Assembly (NCBI GenBank): GCA_028713935.1
Contig: JAQTNI010000009.1
Location: forward strand, 1 to 32,000
Direction of reading: 5' to 3'
DNA from: Candidatus Iainarchaeum sp.
GTDB taxonomy: Archaea > Iainarchaeota > Iainarchaeia > Iainarchaeales > GCA-2688035
DNA: 32,000 bases
Positions 7,961 to 14,665 of this stretch are shown one piece after another. Made by a program: the position numbers and the translations under genes. Positions within the stretch are counted from its first letter, which is position 1. Each line of letters begins with the position of its first letter. The notes below the pieces were generated by a model, which saw only the letters and a list, made by a program, of their open reading frames with translations, ran no database searches and was not told the DNA's origin.

Positions 7961-8446
7961 ATGCTTATGAAAATCGCTGTTTATGCAGGAACATTCGACC
8001 CTGTTACTTTTGGGCATCTTGATGTAATTGAAAGGGCTTGCCAGTTGTTTGACAAAATAATTGTTGGAGTTTCAACCAACCCCGAAAAAAAGCCTTTGTT
8101 TTCAGTTGAAGAACGGATAAGCCTGATAAAAGACTGCACAAAACAATTCAAAAACCTTGAAATTGCTTCTTTTGAAGGGTTGCTGGTTGATTTTGCAAAG
8201 AAAAAAAAAGCAGGAATTATTCTCCGAGGATTAAGGGAATTGTCTGATTTTCAAGGGGAATTCCAGCGCGCAATAATAAACAGGAAGCTTGCCCCTGAAA
8301 TTGAAACAGTTTTTATTGCAACAAATGCAAAATTCTTTTACCTGAACAGCAGCATAGTGAAAGAAATAGCCTGTTTGAACGGCAATATTTCCTGTTTTGT
8401 CCCAAAACAAGTTGAAAAAGCATTAAAACAAAAACTGGGAAAATAA
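7961..8446 (+). CDS. coaD: Phosphopantetheine adenylyltransferase, bacterial CoaD type
   Basis: 161 aa. IAVYAGTFDPVTFGHLDVIERA (T/HxGH nucleotidyltransferase motif), KKPLFSVEERISL, ILRGLRELSDFQGEFQ and NSSIVKEIA. It aligns end to end with E. coli CoaD by eye. Confidence 0.9.
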   Translation: MLMKIAVYAGTFDPVTFGHLDVIERACQLFDKIIVGVSTNPEKKPLFSVEERISLIKDCTKQFKNLEIASFEGLLVDFAKKKKAGIILRGLRELSDFQGEFQRAIINRKLAPEIETVFIATNAKFFYLNSSIVKEIACLNGNISCFVPKQVEKALKQKLGK

Positions 8447-8453
8447 TTATTTT

Positions 8454-8693
8454 TTATTGGTATTTTCCAAATTCTTCTTCTTTTATTTTAGCCAATTCAA
8501 GTATGCCTTTTAAAGTCCCGATTTTGAGCTCTTTGTGGTTTGGCACAACTGTGCCAATTTCCCCAGAATCAGTTTGTTTTTTCAGCACAACATGGCTGCC
8601 TGTTTGCCTTGCTATTCTGAAGCCAAATTTGTTGCAAAGAATTTTTATGCATTCTTTGCCAGAAATTTTTTTAAGCACGGGCAACAGAAGCAA
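8454..8693 (-). CDS. hicA: HicA-family mRNA interferase toxin
   Basis: 79 aa: KKISGKECIKILCNKFGFRIARQTGSHVVLKK ... VVPNHKELKIGTLKGIL (YcfA/HicA signature GSH...vP.H). TTG start at 8693; an in-frame GTG at 8678 is an alternative. It overlaps the upstream hicB-like gene. Confidence 0.8.
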   Translation of the reverse strand: MLLLPVLKKISGKECIKILCNKFGFRIARQTGSHVVLKKQTDSGEIGTVVPNHKELKIGTLKGILELAKIKEEEFGKYQ

Positions 8694-8892
8694 CCTCGAA
8701 AGTAGTCAAAATTGCCTTGTTTTTTTGTTTTATTGGAAATTCTTCCAAATATAATCCAGTGGCTTCCTTTAAGTTTTCCACGGCTTCTTCAATTGTTTTG
8801 CCCTGACTTACAGTGCCAATTTCTGCGCACTTTGCGACATACATATCTTCTTCTTTTACAACAATAGCAGTGAAAGAATTCATAACGCTCAT
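8671..8892 (-). CDS. hicB: HicB-like antitoxin (UPF0150 fold)
   Basis: The internal ATG at 8890-8892 of ORF 8671..9030 gives MSVMNSFTAIVVKEEDMYVAKCAEIGTVSQGKTIEEAVENLKEATGLYLEE, the typical HicB N-terminal domain pattern. It lies immediately upstream of hicA and overlaps it. Confidence 0.75.
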   Translation of the reverse strand: MSVMNSFTAIVVKEEDMYVAKCAEIGTVSQGKTIEEAVENLKEATGLYLEEFPIKQKNKAILTTFEVASVARA

Positions 8893-9028
8893 ACAAAACA
8901 ACTGCTTCAAATAAAATAAAAGCTTAATTGTAATGCTTTCCAACCCAAACAAAAAACAAATAATTTTTTTTCGGCAATTGCCGTTAGCCCTTCTTCTTTT
9001 AAAACCAGAAACAAGGCAAATTTTTTCC

Positions 9029-9451
9029 ATGCAAAAAAAATTTTACCTTGACACTTCCATTTGGAGGGATTATTTTGAAGACAGAAGCGATGGCGTAAGG
9101 CCATTGGGAGAGTTTGCTTTTCAGTTTTTAAAAAACTGTGCAAAGAAAGGCTTTACAATTCTTGTTTCCGACACAGTAATTTTGGAGTTGAAAAAAGATT
9201 TTTCAGAAGAACAAATTTCTGATTTTTTCAACCCTTTCGAAAGCATTATTGTGCATATTGCCGCGGTTTCTGAACAATACGCCGAAGCCAAAAAAGAATG
9301 GCTGCAAAACAAAGCAATTCCACTAAACGATTTTCTTCATGCAATTATTGCGCGTGATAACAATGCAATTTTAATAAGCAGGGACAGGCATTTTGCAGAA
9401 TTGCTAAGCCTGGTTGAATCCAAATTGCCTGAAGAAGTTATTTTAGATTAA
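9029..9451 (+). CDS. PIN-domain nuclease (VapC-like), no cognate upstream antitoxin
   Basis: The internal ATG at 9029 gives MQKKFYLDTSIWRDYF (first acidic residue), VSDTVILEL, then LHAIIARDNNAILISRDRHF (distal acidic residues). 140 aa, a typical PIN size. Confidence 0.75.
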   Translation: MQKKFYLDTSIWRDYFEDRSDGVRPLGEFAFQFLKNCAKKGFTILVSDTVILELKKDFSEEQISDFFNPFESIIVHIAAVSEQYAEAKKEWLQNKAIPLNDFLHAIIARDNNAILISRDRHFAELLSLVESKLPEEVILD

Positions 9452-9740
9452 TCCCAAATTTTTTTTCATAATGGTCCATTATTTCCTTGCTTCCTTCGTT
9501 TTCTCTCCACTTGTAAAAATCTTCATCAGTTTTGAAACGGCTTTTTCCCTTCAAAGCGCCCCTTGCGGCAAAAAGCGCTTTCCAAGCCTTGTTTTTTTTT
9601 CTTTGTTCCTCATTATTTTTCAGCTTGTCCCGGATAGACTCCCGAATAAACTCTGTTTTTGTGCTATACTTGAACTCCTGCATATCATGTTCAATCTGCC
9701 TTGCAAGCGCAGAATCCAGCCTCAAACAAACACTTTCCAT
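9438..9740 (-). CDS. Ribbon-helix-helix (CopG/MetJ-like) protein
   Basis: The internal ATG at 9740 gives MESVCLRLDSALARQIEHDMQEFKYSTKTEFIRESIRDKL, which reads as beta-strand, helix, helix of RHH antitoxins/regulators. It is convergent with the PIN gene and overlaps its 3' end by 14 nt. Confidence 0.65.
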   Translation of the reverse strand: MESVCLRLDSALARQIEHDMQEFKYSTKTEFIRESIRDKLKNNEEQRKKNKAWKALFAARGALKGKSRFKTDEDFYKWRENEGSKEIMDHYEKKFGINLK

Positions 9741-9902
9741 GCAATACAATGTAATACAAACCATTATTAAAAATATTCTTTTTTTTCAGAAACGGTTTTT
9801 GCAAAAAGCAATTTTGCCTCGTTTTTTATTGAAATTCGTTTTTCTTAACGCAAAGCTTTTTAAATGCCAAAGGTGTTATATCTAACAATCAATAACCTAA
9901 AA

Positions 9903-9907
9903 GGAGG
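9903..9907 (+). promoter_or_regulatory. Shine-Dalgarno GGAGG for the pilin gene at 9916
   Basis: aaGGAGGttgaaaaaATG with an 8-nt spacer. A TATA-like ctttttaaat at ~9855-9864 lies further upstream. Confidence 0.6.
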
Positions 9908-9915
9908 TTGAAAAA

Positions 9916-10443
9916 ATGAATTCTAGAGGACAAGCAGCGTTAGAATACCTAATGACCTACGGATGGGCACTCGTAATCATAGTGGTGGTAGCAGGAATCC
10001 TGTTCTTCATCATGAGTTCTCCAAGTTCAGGAGTAGTTTGTAGTTCCAGCGACCCAACAAAAATGGTTGTTAAAAGTTCTAACATTACTGCTGGTACTGC
10101 AGCTGGCACGCCTGTATCGACAAGTGTCATTAATTTGCAGAATGGTACTGGCGGTGCAATAGGCTCAGCTACTGTGACTGCTGCATCAGGCCTTTTTTCA
10201 GCAACTGGCGAAGCAATTTCTTCACAAACATGCACTACATTCCTTGCAGCCCCCTGCCTTGCGGATACAGCCATAACCCAAGTAATTGGTGGTGGTAATT
10301 TGTATATATACCCAAAGTATGCAAGCACAGTAGTCTCGGGTAGTGCAGTAGTTTCAAGCACATACACAATAACTTACAATGACCAGTTCGGTTATGCCAA
10401 AGCAGTAGTATTAACTTGCCAAGGAACAATACCAACACCATAA
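9916..10443 (+). CDS. Archaeal class III signal-peptide pilin (candidate major pilin)
   Basis: 175 aa: MNSRG|QAALEYLMTYGWALVIIVVVAGILFFIMSSPSSGVVCSSSDPTK. Q at +1, E at +5, strong SD. Small T/S/A/G-rich secreted domain with sequons (NIT, NGT). Paralog of the 461 and 31032 genes. Confidence 0.85.
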   Translation: MNSRGQAALEYLMTYGWALVIIVVVAGILFFIMSSPSSGVVCSSSDPTKMVVKSSNITAGTAAGTPVSTSVINLQNGTGGAIGSATVTAASGLFSATGEAISSQTCTTFLAAPCLADTAITQVIGGGNLYIYPKYASTVVSGSAVVSSTYTITYNDQFGYAKAVVLTCQGTIPTP

Positions 10444-10532
10444 TTCAATTTCCTTTTTTTGGGGTTTAACCCCTTTTCTTTTTTTTTTAATTTTGTTTTA
10501 GCTGTCAGGCTGCTGGTTTTTGAGAATTAGTT
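10443..10532. repeat. Intergenic repeat copy A (full: left + right parts)
   Basis: 10473-10522 is identical over 50 nt to 12088-12137. The flank 10443-10460 matches 12070-12087 with one indel. The right part ttttgagaattagtt (10518-10532) recurs at 12691-12705. Confidence 0.7.
10461..10490 (+). terminator. GC hairpin plus oligo-T tract downstream of pilin gene
   Basis: GGGGtttaaCCCC (10461-10473) followed by ttttcttttttttttaa. Oligo-T tracts are archaeal termination signals. It lies 18 nt after the pilin stop codon. Confidence 0.4.
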
Positions 10533-11285
10533 GTTTGGCTTTTGCATTGTTTTGTCGAGTTTTTGTTTGACTTCTTTTTTTATTTGTTCGTATGCTGGCA
10601 GGTGTTCCAAGAGGTTTTTGAGGCTTGTTTCGTATTCTTCCTTTGTTGGGAATTTTGTTTTTGGATAATTGCTTTTTTCTTCTGACAATTTTTGTTTTAA
10701 CAGTTTTTTGTTTATTGCAATTTTGTTTTGCAATAGCATCCATACATCGTACAAGTCCCGTGCTTCGCCCCTGTTTATCAAGGCGCGAATTTTTTCTGTT
10801 AACATTTCTTCAAGGCTTAATGCCTGAATGGTAAAAACAGGAATGTCTGAAAAAAGCTTTGGAATTGCTTTTGCAGTTTTTCCTTTTGCTTTGCTTTTGT
10901 TAAAATCAATTTTGAGGGTGTTTGTTGAAGAATTCTGGCCATTGTACAAGGGGCCTTTGAATCTTGCTTCAAAGCGGATGTTGCCTTCAAATTCTTTTTC
11001 AGCAAAAACAGTGTGTTCAATGTTCAGCAATTCAAAATTTTTTAAGCAGGTTTTTACTGTTTTTTTTGTTTCCTGCAAGCCCAAATTTGTATTAAAATCA
11101 AGGTCTTCAGAGGCTCTTTCAAAATCGTAACAAATTCTTAAGCAGGTTCCGCCTTTAAAAACAAAGTTTTCTGAAAAACGCGAAATTGCATGGAGAAAAA
11201 CATATTGCAGGTATTCTTTTTCTGCATAATAAAGAGTTGTTCTTCTTTTTTCTTTTATTTGGCGCAGTTCTTCCATTGAAATCAT
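10527..11285 (-). CDS. abiEii: AbiEii/AbiGii-family nucleotidyltransferase toxin (DUF1814)
   Basis: 252 aa. FKGGTCLRICYDFERASEDLDF is the G-G-T-x-L ... R-x-S-x-D-L-D nucleotidyltransferase signature of the family. It sits directly downstream (6-nt gap) of an AbiEi-like gene. Confidence 0.8.
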   Translation of the reverse strand: MISMEELRQIKEKRRTTLYYAEKEYLQYVFLHAISRFSENFVFKGGTCLRICYDFERASEDLDFNTNLGLQETKKTVKTCLKNFELLNIEHTVFAEKEFEGNIRFEARFKGPLYNGQNSSTNTLKIDFNKSKAKGKTAKAIPKLFSDIPVFTIQALSLEEMLTEKIRALINRGEARDLYDVWMLLQNKIAINKKLLKQKLSEEKSNYPKTKFPTKEEYETSLKNLLEHLPAYEQIKKEVKQKLDKTMQKPNN

Positions 11286-11291
11286 TTTTTT

Positions 11292-12002
11292 TCACCAATT
11301 GATGTCCAAAAGCCATTTTTTGTTAAAATTGTTTTTTCTTTTTATGGAAGGGTCGAACAATTCAAATCCTTTGCCTTTGTGTTTCAAGAGCATTCCAATG
11401 GCTCCTTTTCCTGCTTTGTTTTCTTCTAAAACAAAGCCGAGCCTGCGTATTGCTGCTTTGCTTTTTGTTTTCATGGCATAATTTGCAAGCTTCTTGGCGC
11501 TGATTTCTTTTAAACCAGTTTTTAGAGCGCGCATTATCTCTTTTGTTCCGCCTGCATATTTTGGGAACAAAAAAGAATCAATAAATGCTTTTTCTTTGTC
11601 TGCAATTGCAAAGTCGCCCATTGGGCAATAACCAAAAAACTTTTTTTTTGAAAGTGTTACATACTTAAAGTTTTTTACCGCTTTTTTGTATTTTGTGCTT
11701 GCCAAAAAAATTTTTTTTGGCGTTTGGTCGCTGAATCCGTAATAGTTCAAAGCAGACCAAAAACTTATGTAAGAGGGCCAGTTTAATTGGCAGCCCATGG
11801 CAAAGTCAGATGTTCCTTTCAATGCGAAAGCTCCCGCCTGCACAGTTTCTATGGCCTGTTTTTTTTTCAGTGATTTTATTGCATTGTATGCCTTTGTTTT
11901 GTTTATGTGCAAAAGCAGGGAAACGTCTTTAGCTTTGAATATCAAAAGATTGCTTTTTTTAAGCGCATCAATAGCTTCGTGCTCAAGCTTGCTCAATTGC
12001 AT
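11292..12002 (-). CDS. abiEi: AbiEi-like antitoxin / transcriptional regulator (wHTH N-terminal domain)
   Basis: 236 aa. N-terminus LSKLEHEAIDALKKSNLLIFKAKDVSLLLHINKTKAYNAIKSLKKKQAIETVQAGAFAL resembles the AbiEi_4/COG5340 wHTH. The C-terminal domain and the pairing with the DUF1814 gene fit a type IV TA module. Confidence 0.7.
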   Translation of the reverse strand: MQLSKLEHEAIDALKKSNLLIFKAKDVSLLLHINKTKAYNAIKSLKKKQAIETVQAGAFALKGTSDFAMGCQLNWPSYISFWSALNYYGFSDQTPKKIFLASTKYKKAVKNFKYVTLSKKKFFGYCPMGDFAIADKEKAFIDSFLFPKYAGGTKEIMRALKTGLKEISAKKLANYAMKTKSKAAIRRLGFVLEENKAGKGAIGMLLKHKGKGFELFDPSIKRKNNFNKKWLLDINW

Positions 12003-12012
12003 TTTTCTTCAC

Positions 12013-12035
12013 TTTTAGTATTTTTATTACTAAAA
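12013..12035. promoter_or_regulatory. Perfect 8-bp inverted repeat just upstream of abiEi start (candidate operator)
   Basis: TTTTAGTA-n7-TACTAAAA at 12013-12035, 11 nt upstream of the abiEi ATG (12002). The AT-only composition weakens the call. Confidence 0.3.
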
Positions 12036-12069
12036 TTTAACAAAATTACAATTAAAAATAGTGCGGTTT

Positions 12070-12137
12070 ATTCCAATTTCCTTTTTTCTTTTCTTTTTTT
12101 TTTAATTTTGTTTTAGCTGTCAGGCTGCTGGTTTTTG
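12070..12137. repeat. Intergenic repeat copy B (left part only)
   Basis: This duplicates the 3' flank of the 9916 pilin gene (attccaatttcctttttt + 50 identical nt), but lacks the ggggtttaacc hairpin segment and the right part. Confidence 0.7.
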
Positions 12138-12188
12138 TAGTGCATATGTTTAAATCGGTTTCATGGCATGTTTTGTTTAGTGGTTTGT

Positions 12189-12416
12189 ATGCAGAAAACG
12201 CGTGTGTATAATTTTGTGGTTTTGATTGAGCAGGATTCTGACGGCTGGTTTGTAGCCAAGGTTCCTGATATCCAGGGTTGCCATACTCAGGGAAAAACAA
12301 TTCCGCAGGTTTTGGACAGGGTAAAAGAGGCAATACAGGTTTGTTTGGAAGCAGAGGATATTGAATTGCCTCAAATGAAATTTATTGGCTTGCAGACTGT
12401 TGAAGTTGAAGCGTGA
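12189..12416 (+). CDS. hicB: HicB-like antitoxin (UPF0150 fold)
   Basis: The internal ATG at 12189 of ORF 12168..12416 gives MQKTRVYNFVVLIEQDSDGWFVAKVPDIQGCHTQGKTIPQVLDRVKEAIQVCLE, the canonical HicB N-domain pattern (vPdl.GC.tqG.T..e). Confidence 0.78.
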   Translation: MQKTRVYNFVVLIEQDSDGWFVAKVPDIQGCHTQGKTIPQVLDRVKEAIQVCLEAEDIELPQMKFIGLQTVEVEA

Positions 12417-12422
12417 TTCTTT

Positions 12423-12656
12423 TTGGCGCGTCTAATCCCTATTTCTGGAAAAAAATTATGCAAGCTTTTGGAAAAACTTGGTTTTCAAAAGGTTCATCAA
12501 GTAGGCAGCCATGTTCGTTATATTCATGCAGATGGGCGAAAAACAGTTGTGCCAGTCCATGGCGATGAAGAGCTTGGCATTGGAATTTTTAAGGAAATTT
12601 TAAAACAAGTGAAAATTTCAAGGCACGAATACGAAAAATTAAGGCAAAAAATATGA
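12423..12656 (+). CDS. hicA: HicA-family mRNA interferase toxin
   Basis: 77 aa with a TTG start at 12423. ISGKKLCKLLEKLGFQKVHQVGSHVRYIHADGRKTVVPVHGDEELGIGIFKEILKQ is the HicA signature. It starts 6 nt after the hicB stop. Confidence 0.8.
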   Translation: MARLIPISGKKLCKLLEKLGFQKVHQVGSHVRYIHADGRKTVVPVHGDEELGIGIFKEILKQVKISRHEYEKLRQKI

Positions 12657-12662
12657 TTGTTT

Positions 12663-12720
12663 TTTTCTTTTTTTTCCCAGCCGTTAGGCATTTTGAGAAT
12701 TAGTTTTTTTTTGCCTTTTC
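12663..12720. repeat. Intergenic repeat copy C (degenerate left part + right part)
   Basis: ttttcttttttttcccagccgttaggc resembles copy A (ttttctttttttttt..tagctgtcaggc). It is followed by an exact ttttgagaattagtt, and tttttttttgccttttc matches gtttggcttttgc of copy A. Confidence 0.5.
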
Positions 12721-12765
12721 AAGCCTTGGGTTGTTGCTTTTTTTTCTTGGCTTGGCTGGAAGCAT

Positions 12766-13782
12766 TTACATTCCAAGCATTTTGAGGCTGCCAAGTACCT
12801 GCACTAAAATGATTCTTATTATGAAAAACAAGGCTACTGCTATTATTCCGACTATTGGGATGTATCTTATTCCGTCTTTTTCTTTGCCAGAGTTTATTGT
12901 GCCCATTATTAAGGAGGAGAACAGGCATGTTACTCCGAGTGCAATCAGTGCGTACATTGTTGCGAATTCTTCTGTTATTGATATTTCGGGAATTCCGATT
13001 ATTCTTGTTATTGAGCTTTTTTGTGTTATTTCTTTTAATTGTTCTGGGTTCATGCTTAGCTGGCTTGTTTGCACGTTTAGCACTCCGACTATGTAAGAGG
13101 AAATGCTGAACAGTACTGGTGCTCCTATTGCTGCCCCAAAAAAAATGAGCATTATGTACATGCTTACTTCTGCTTTTGTTTCTTCTTTTAACGCGTTTTC
13201 TTCTCTTAAATCATCTGCCAGTTGTGATAATAGGTCCGCCACTTCTCCGCCGCTTCTTATGCCCTGGACTACCAGCCACATTGTTCTTTCAAGCAATGGG
13301 CTTTTGATTCTTGTTGTTATGTCTGTCAGGGCTCCTTCTATTCTTTCTCCTGCAAGGACTTTTCCGCTTGCAAGTTTTAGTTCGTCTGAAAAAACCCCGA
13401 ATTCCGGCCTTGCCGATGCAAGCAGTGCCCTTTCTGTTGTCAGGCCTGATTTCATGTTTGATGAAATCAATTGCAGCACATCCGGCAGGAGTTTGTCTAC
13501 AAATTTGCCCCTGCTTTCTGCAATTGTGTTTAGCCAGTAATATATGCTTCCTGCAAATCCAAGAAAAATTAGTGGAAATGTTGCAATTATTGGCAGTGAA
13601 AAGAATATTTGGAGGTTTGCTGATATTGCTATGCTTAGCACTGCCCCGAACAAAAAAATGAATCCAACTACGCTTAGTTCCTGTATTTCCCATCCAATGT
13701 AATCCATTTCTTTTTTGAATGCCCTTACTATGAAGGAGGGGACTATTGCGCCTACTCTTTGGTAAAAACCCATTTTTTTCAC
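12766..13782 (-). CDS. Type IV pilus platform protein, single T2SSF domain (TadC/EpdK-like)
   Basis: 338 aa polytopic membrane protein. The cytoplasmic T2SSF-type helical domain reads LLPDVLQLISSNMKSGLTTERALLASARPEFGVFSDELKLASGKVLAGERIEGAL ... VVQGIRSGGEVADLL. GTG start at 13782, or ATG at 13773. Confidence 0.85.
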   Translation of the reverse strand: MKKMGFYQRVGAIVPSFIVRAFKKEMDYIGWEIQELSVVGFIFLFGAVLSIAISANLQIFFSLPIIATFPLIFLGFAGSIYYWLNTIAESRGKFVDKLLPDVLQLISSNMKSGLTTERALLASARPEFGVFSDELKLASGKVLAGERIEGALTDITTRIKSPLLERTMWLVVQGIRSGGEVADLLSQLADDLREENALKEETKAEVSMYIMLIFFGAAIGAPVLFSISSYIVGVLNVQTSQLSMNPEQLKEITQKSSITRIIGIPEISITEEFATMYALIALGVTCLFSSLIMGTINSGKEKDGIRYIPIVGIIAVALFFIIRIILVQVLGSLKMLGM

Positions 13783-13786
13783 TTTG

Positions 13787-14662
13787 TCAGTTCATTATTG
13801 TTGGCCGTCTTGATTTTATTATGCCAATGTACATGAATTGCATTATTGTTATTCCTATTAATAATGCCCAGAACATCATTTCGTCTATTTTTATTGCGGG
13901 AAAGCTTCCCAGTATGATAAGAAATGTCAGTCCAAGCGCAGGCGCTATCACTCCAATCATCATGTATGCCAGGGAAAGAATCCTTAGTTGAGAGGAATAC
14001 ATGTTTATTGCTATTCTCTGGTCTCTTGCAGCGGATTTCACTGTTTCTTTTATTATGCTTGAAATGTCTCCGCCTGCTTTCATTCCGTTTACAAGCTGCC
14101 ATAATGCTTTTCTGAAATATTCGCTTGGGTTGTTTGTGGCAAGCTTTTGGAATACTTCATCGTAAGGCGTTCCAGTGTTTATTTCGTCAACTGCTTTTGC
14201 AAATTCTTTGCTTAATTCGCCATAATTGCTTTTTGCAATCATCTGCATTGCGTCAAAAAGGCTGACTCCGCTTTTTATTTCAATCAGCAAGGTTCTTAGT
14301 GCAAACAAGAGGTTTTTTTCCAGTTCCCTCTGCCTTTTCCTTATCTGCATTGTGGGGTACATTGAAAATTGGATAAACACTGCCAGTGCCATTATTGCTG
14401 CTATTGTGAATCCCAATAACAAAAAATTTGGAGTGACTTTTGTCAGGACTATTGTGAACAATGCGCCAAGCCATATGAAATAAAAACCTGCCAAAAAAAG
14501 CATCATTGCAAGGTATTCCCTTATTTGGAATTCCATTCTTGCCTGCTGCAATTGCAATTCCAGGTTGGGAAAAATTCCCTTGATTTTCATTGCCAGCGGG
14601 ACTAATGGCTGTGAAAACCTTCTCAGCATCGGGACAGGGAACAGGTTGAATGGCAGAGTCAT
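13787..14662 (-). CDS. Type IV pilus platform protein, single T2SSF domain (TadB/EpdJ-like)
   Basis: 291 aa. LLFALRTLLIEIKSGVSLFDAMQMIAKSNYGELSKEFAKAVDEINTGTPYDEVFQKL ... LVNGMKAGGDISSII, flanked by TM helices. It starts 3 nt after the ATPase stop. Confidence 0.85.
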   Translation of the reverse strand: MTLPFNLFPVPMLRRFSQPLVPLAMKIKGIFPNLELQLQQARMEFQIREYLAMMLFLAGFYFIWLGALFTIVLTKVTPNFLLLGFTIAAIMALAVFIQFSMYPTMQIRKRQRELEKNLLFALRTLLIEIKSGVSLFDAMQMIAKSNYGELSKEFAKAVDEINTGTPYDEVFQKLATNNPSEYFRKALWQLVNGMKAGGDISSIIKETVKSAARDQRIAINMYSSQLRILSLAYMMIGVIAPALGLTFLIILGSFPAIKIDEMMFWALLIGITIMQFMYIGIIKSRRPTIMN

Positions 14663-14665
14663 TTT

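Noticed and set aside
8438-8468. Inverted repeat GGAAAATA-n15-TATTTTCC between convergent coaD and hicA as a bidirectional terminator
   Set aside because: The stem is 8 bp, mostly A/T, with a 15-nt loop, so it is thermodynamically weak. The T-runs alone would suffice for archaeal termination. Not distinctive enough to annotate.
10443-12720. Integron-like cassette array: the repeats as attC sites (GTTTAAC fits RYYYAAC at 10464-10470, GTTAGGC fits GTTRRRY at 12683-12689)
   Set aside because: Degenerate 7-mers like these are expected dozens of times by chance in 32 kb. The repeat units are uniformly T-rich and cannot fold into the imperfect hairpin that defines attC. No IntI-like tyrosine recombinase is present. 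IntegronFinder/HattCI on the full contig would settle it.
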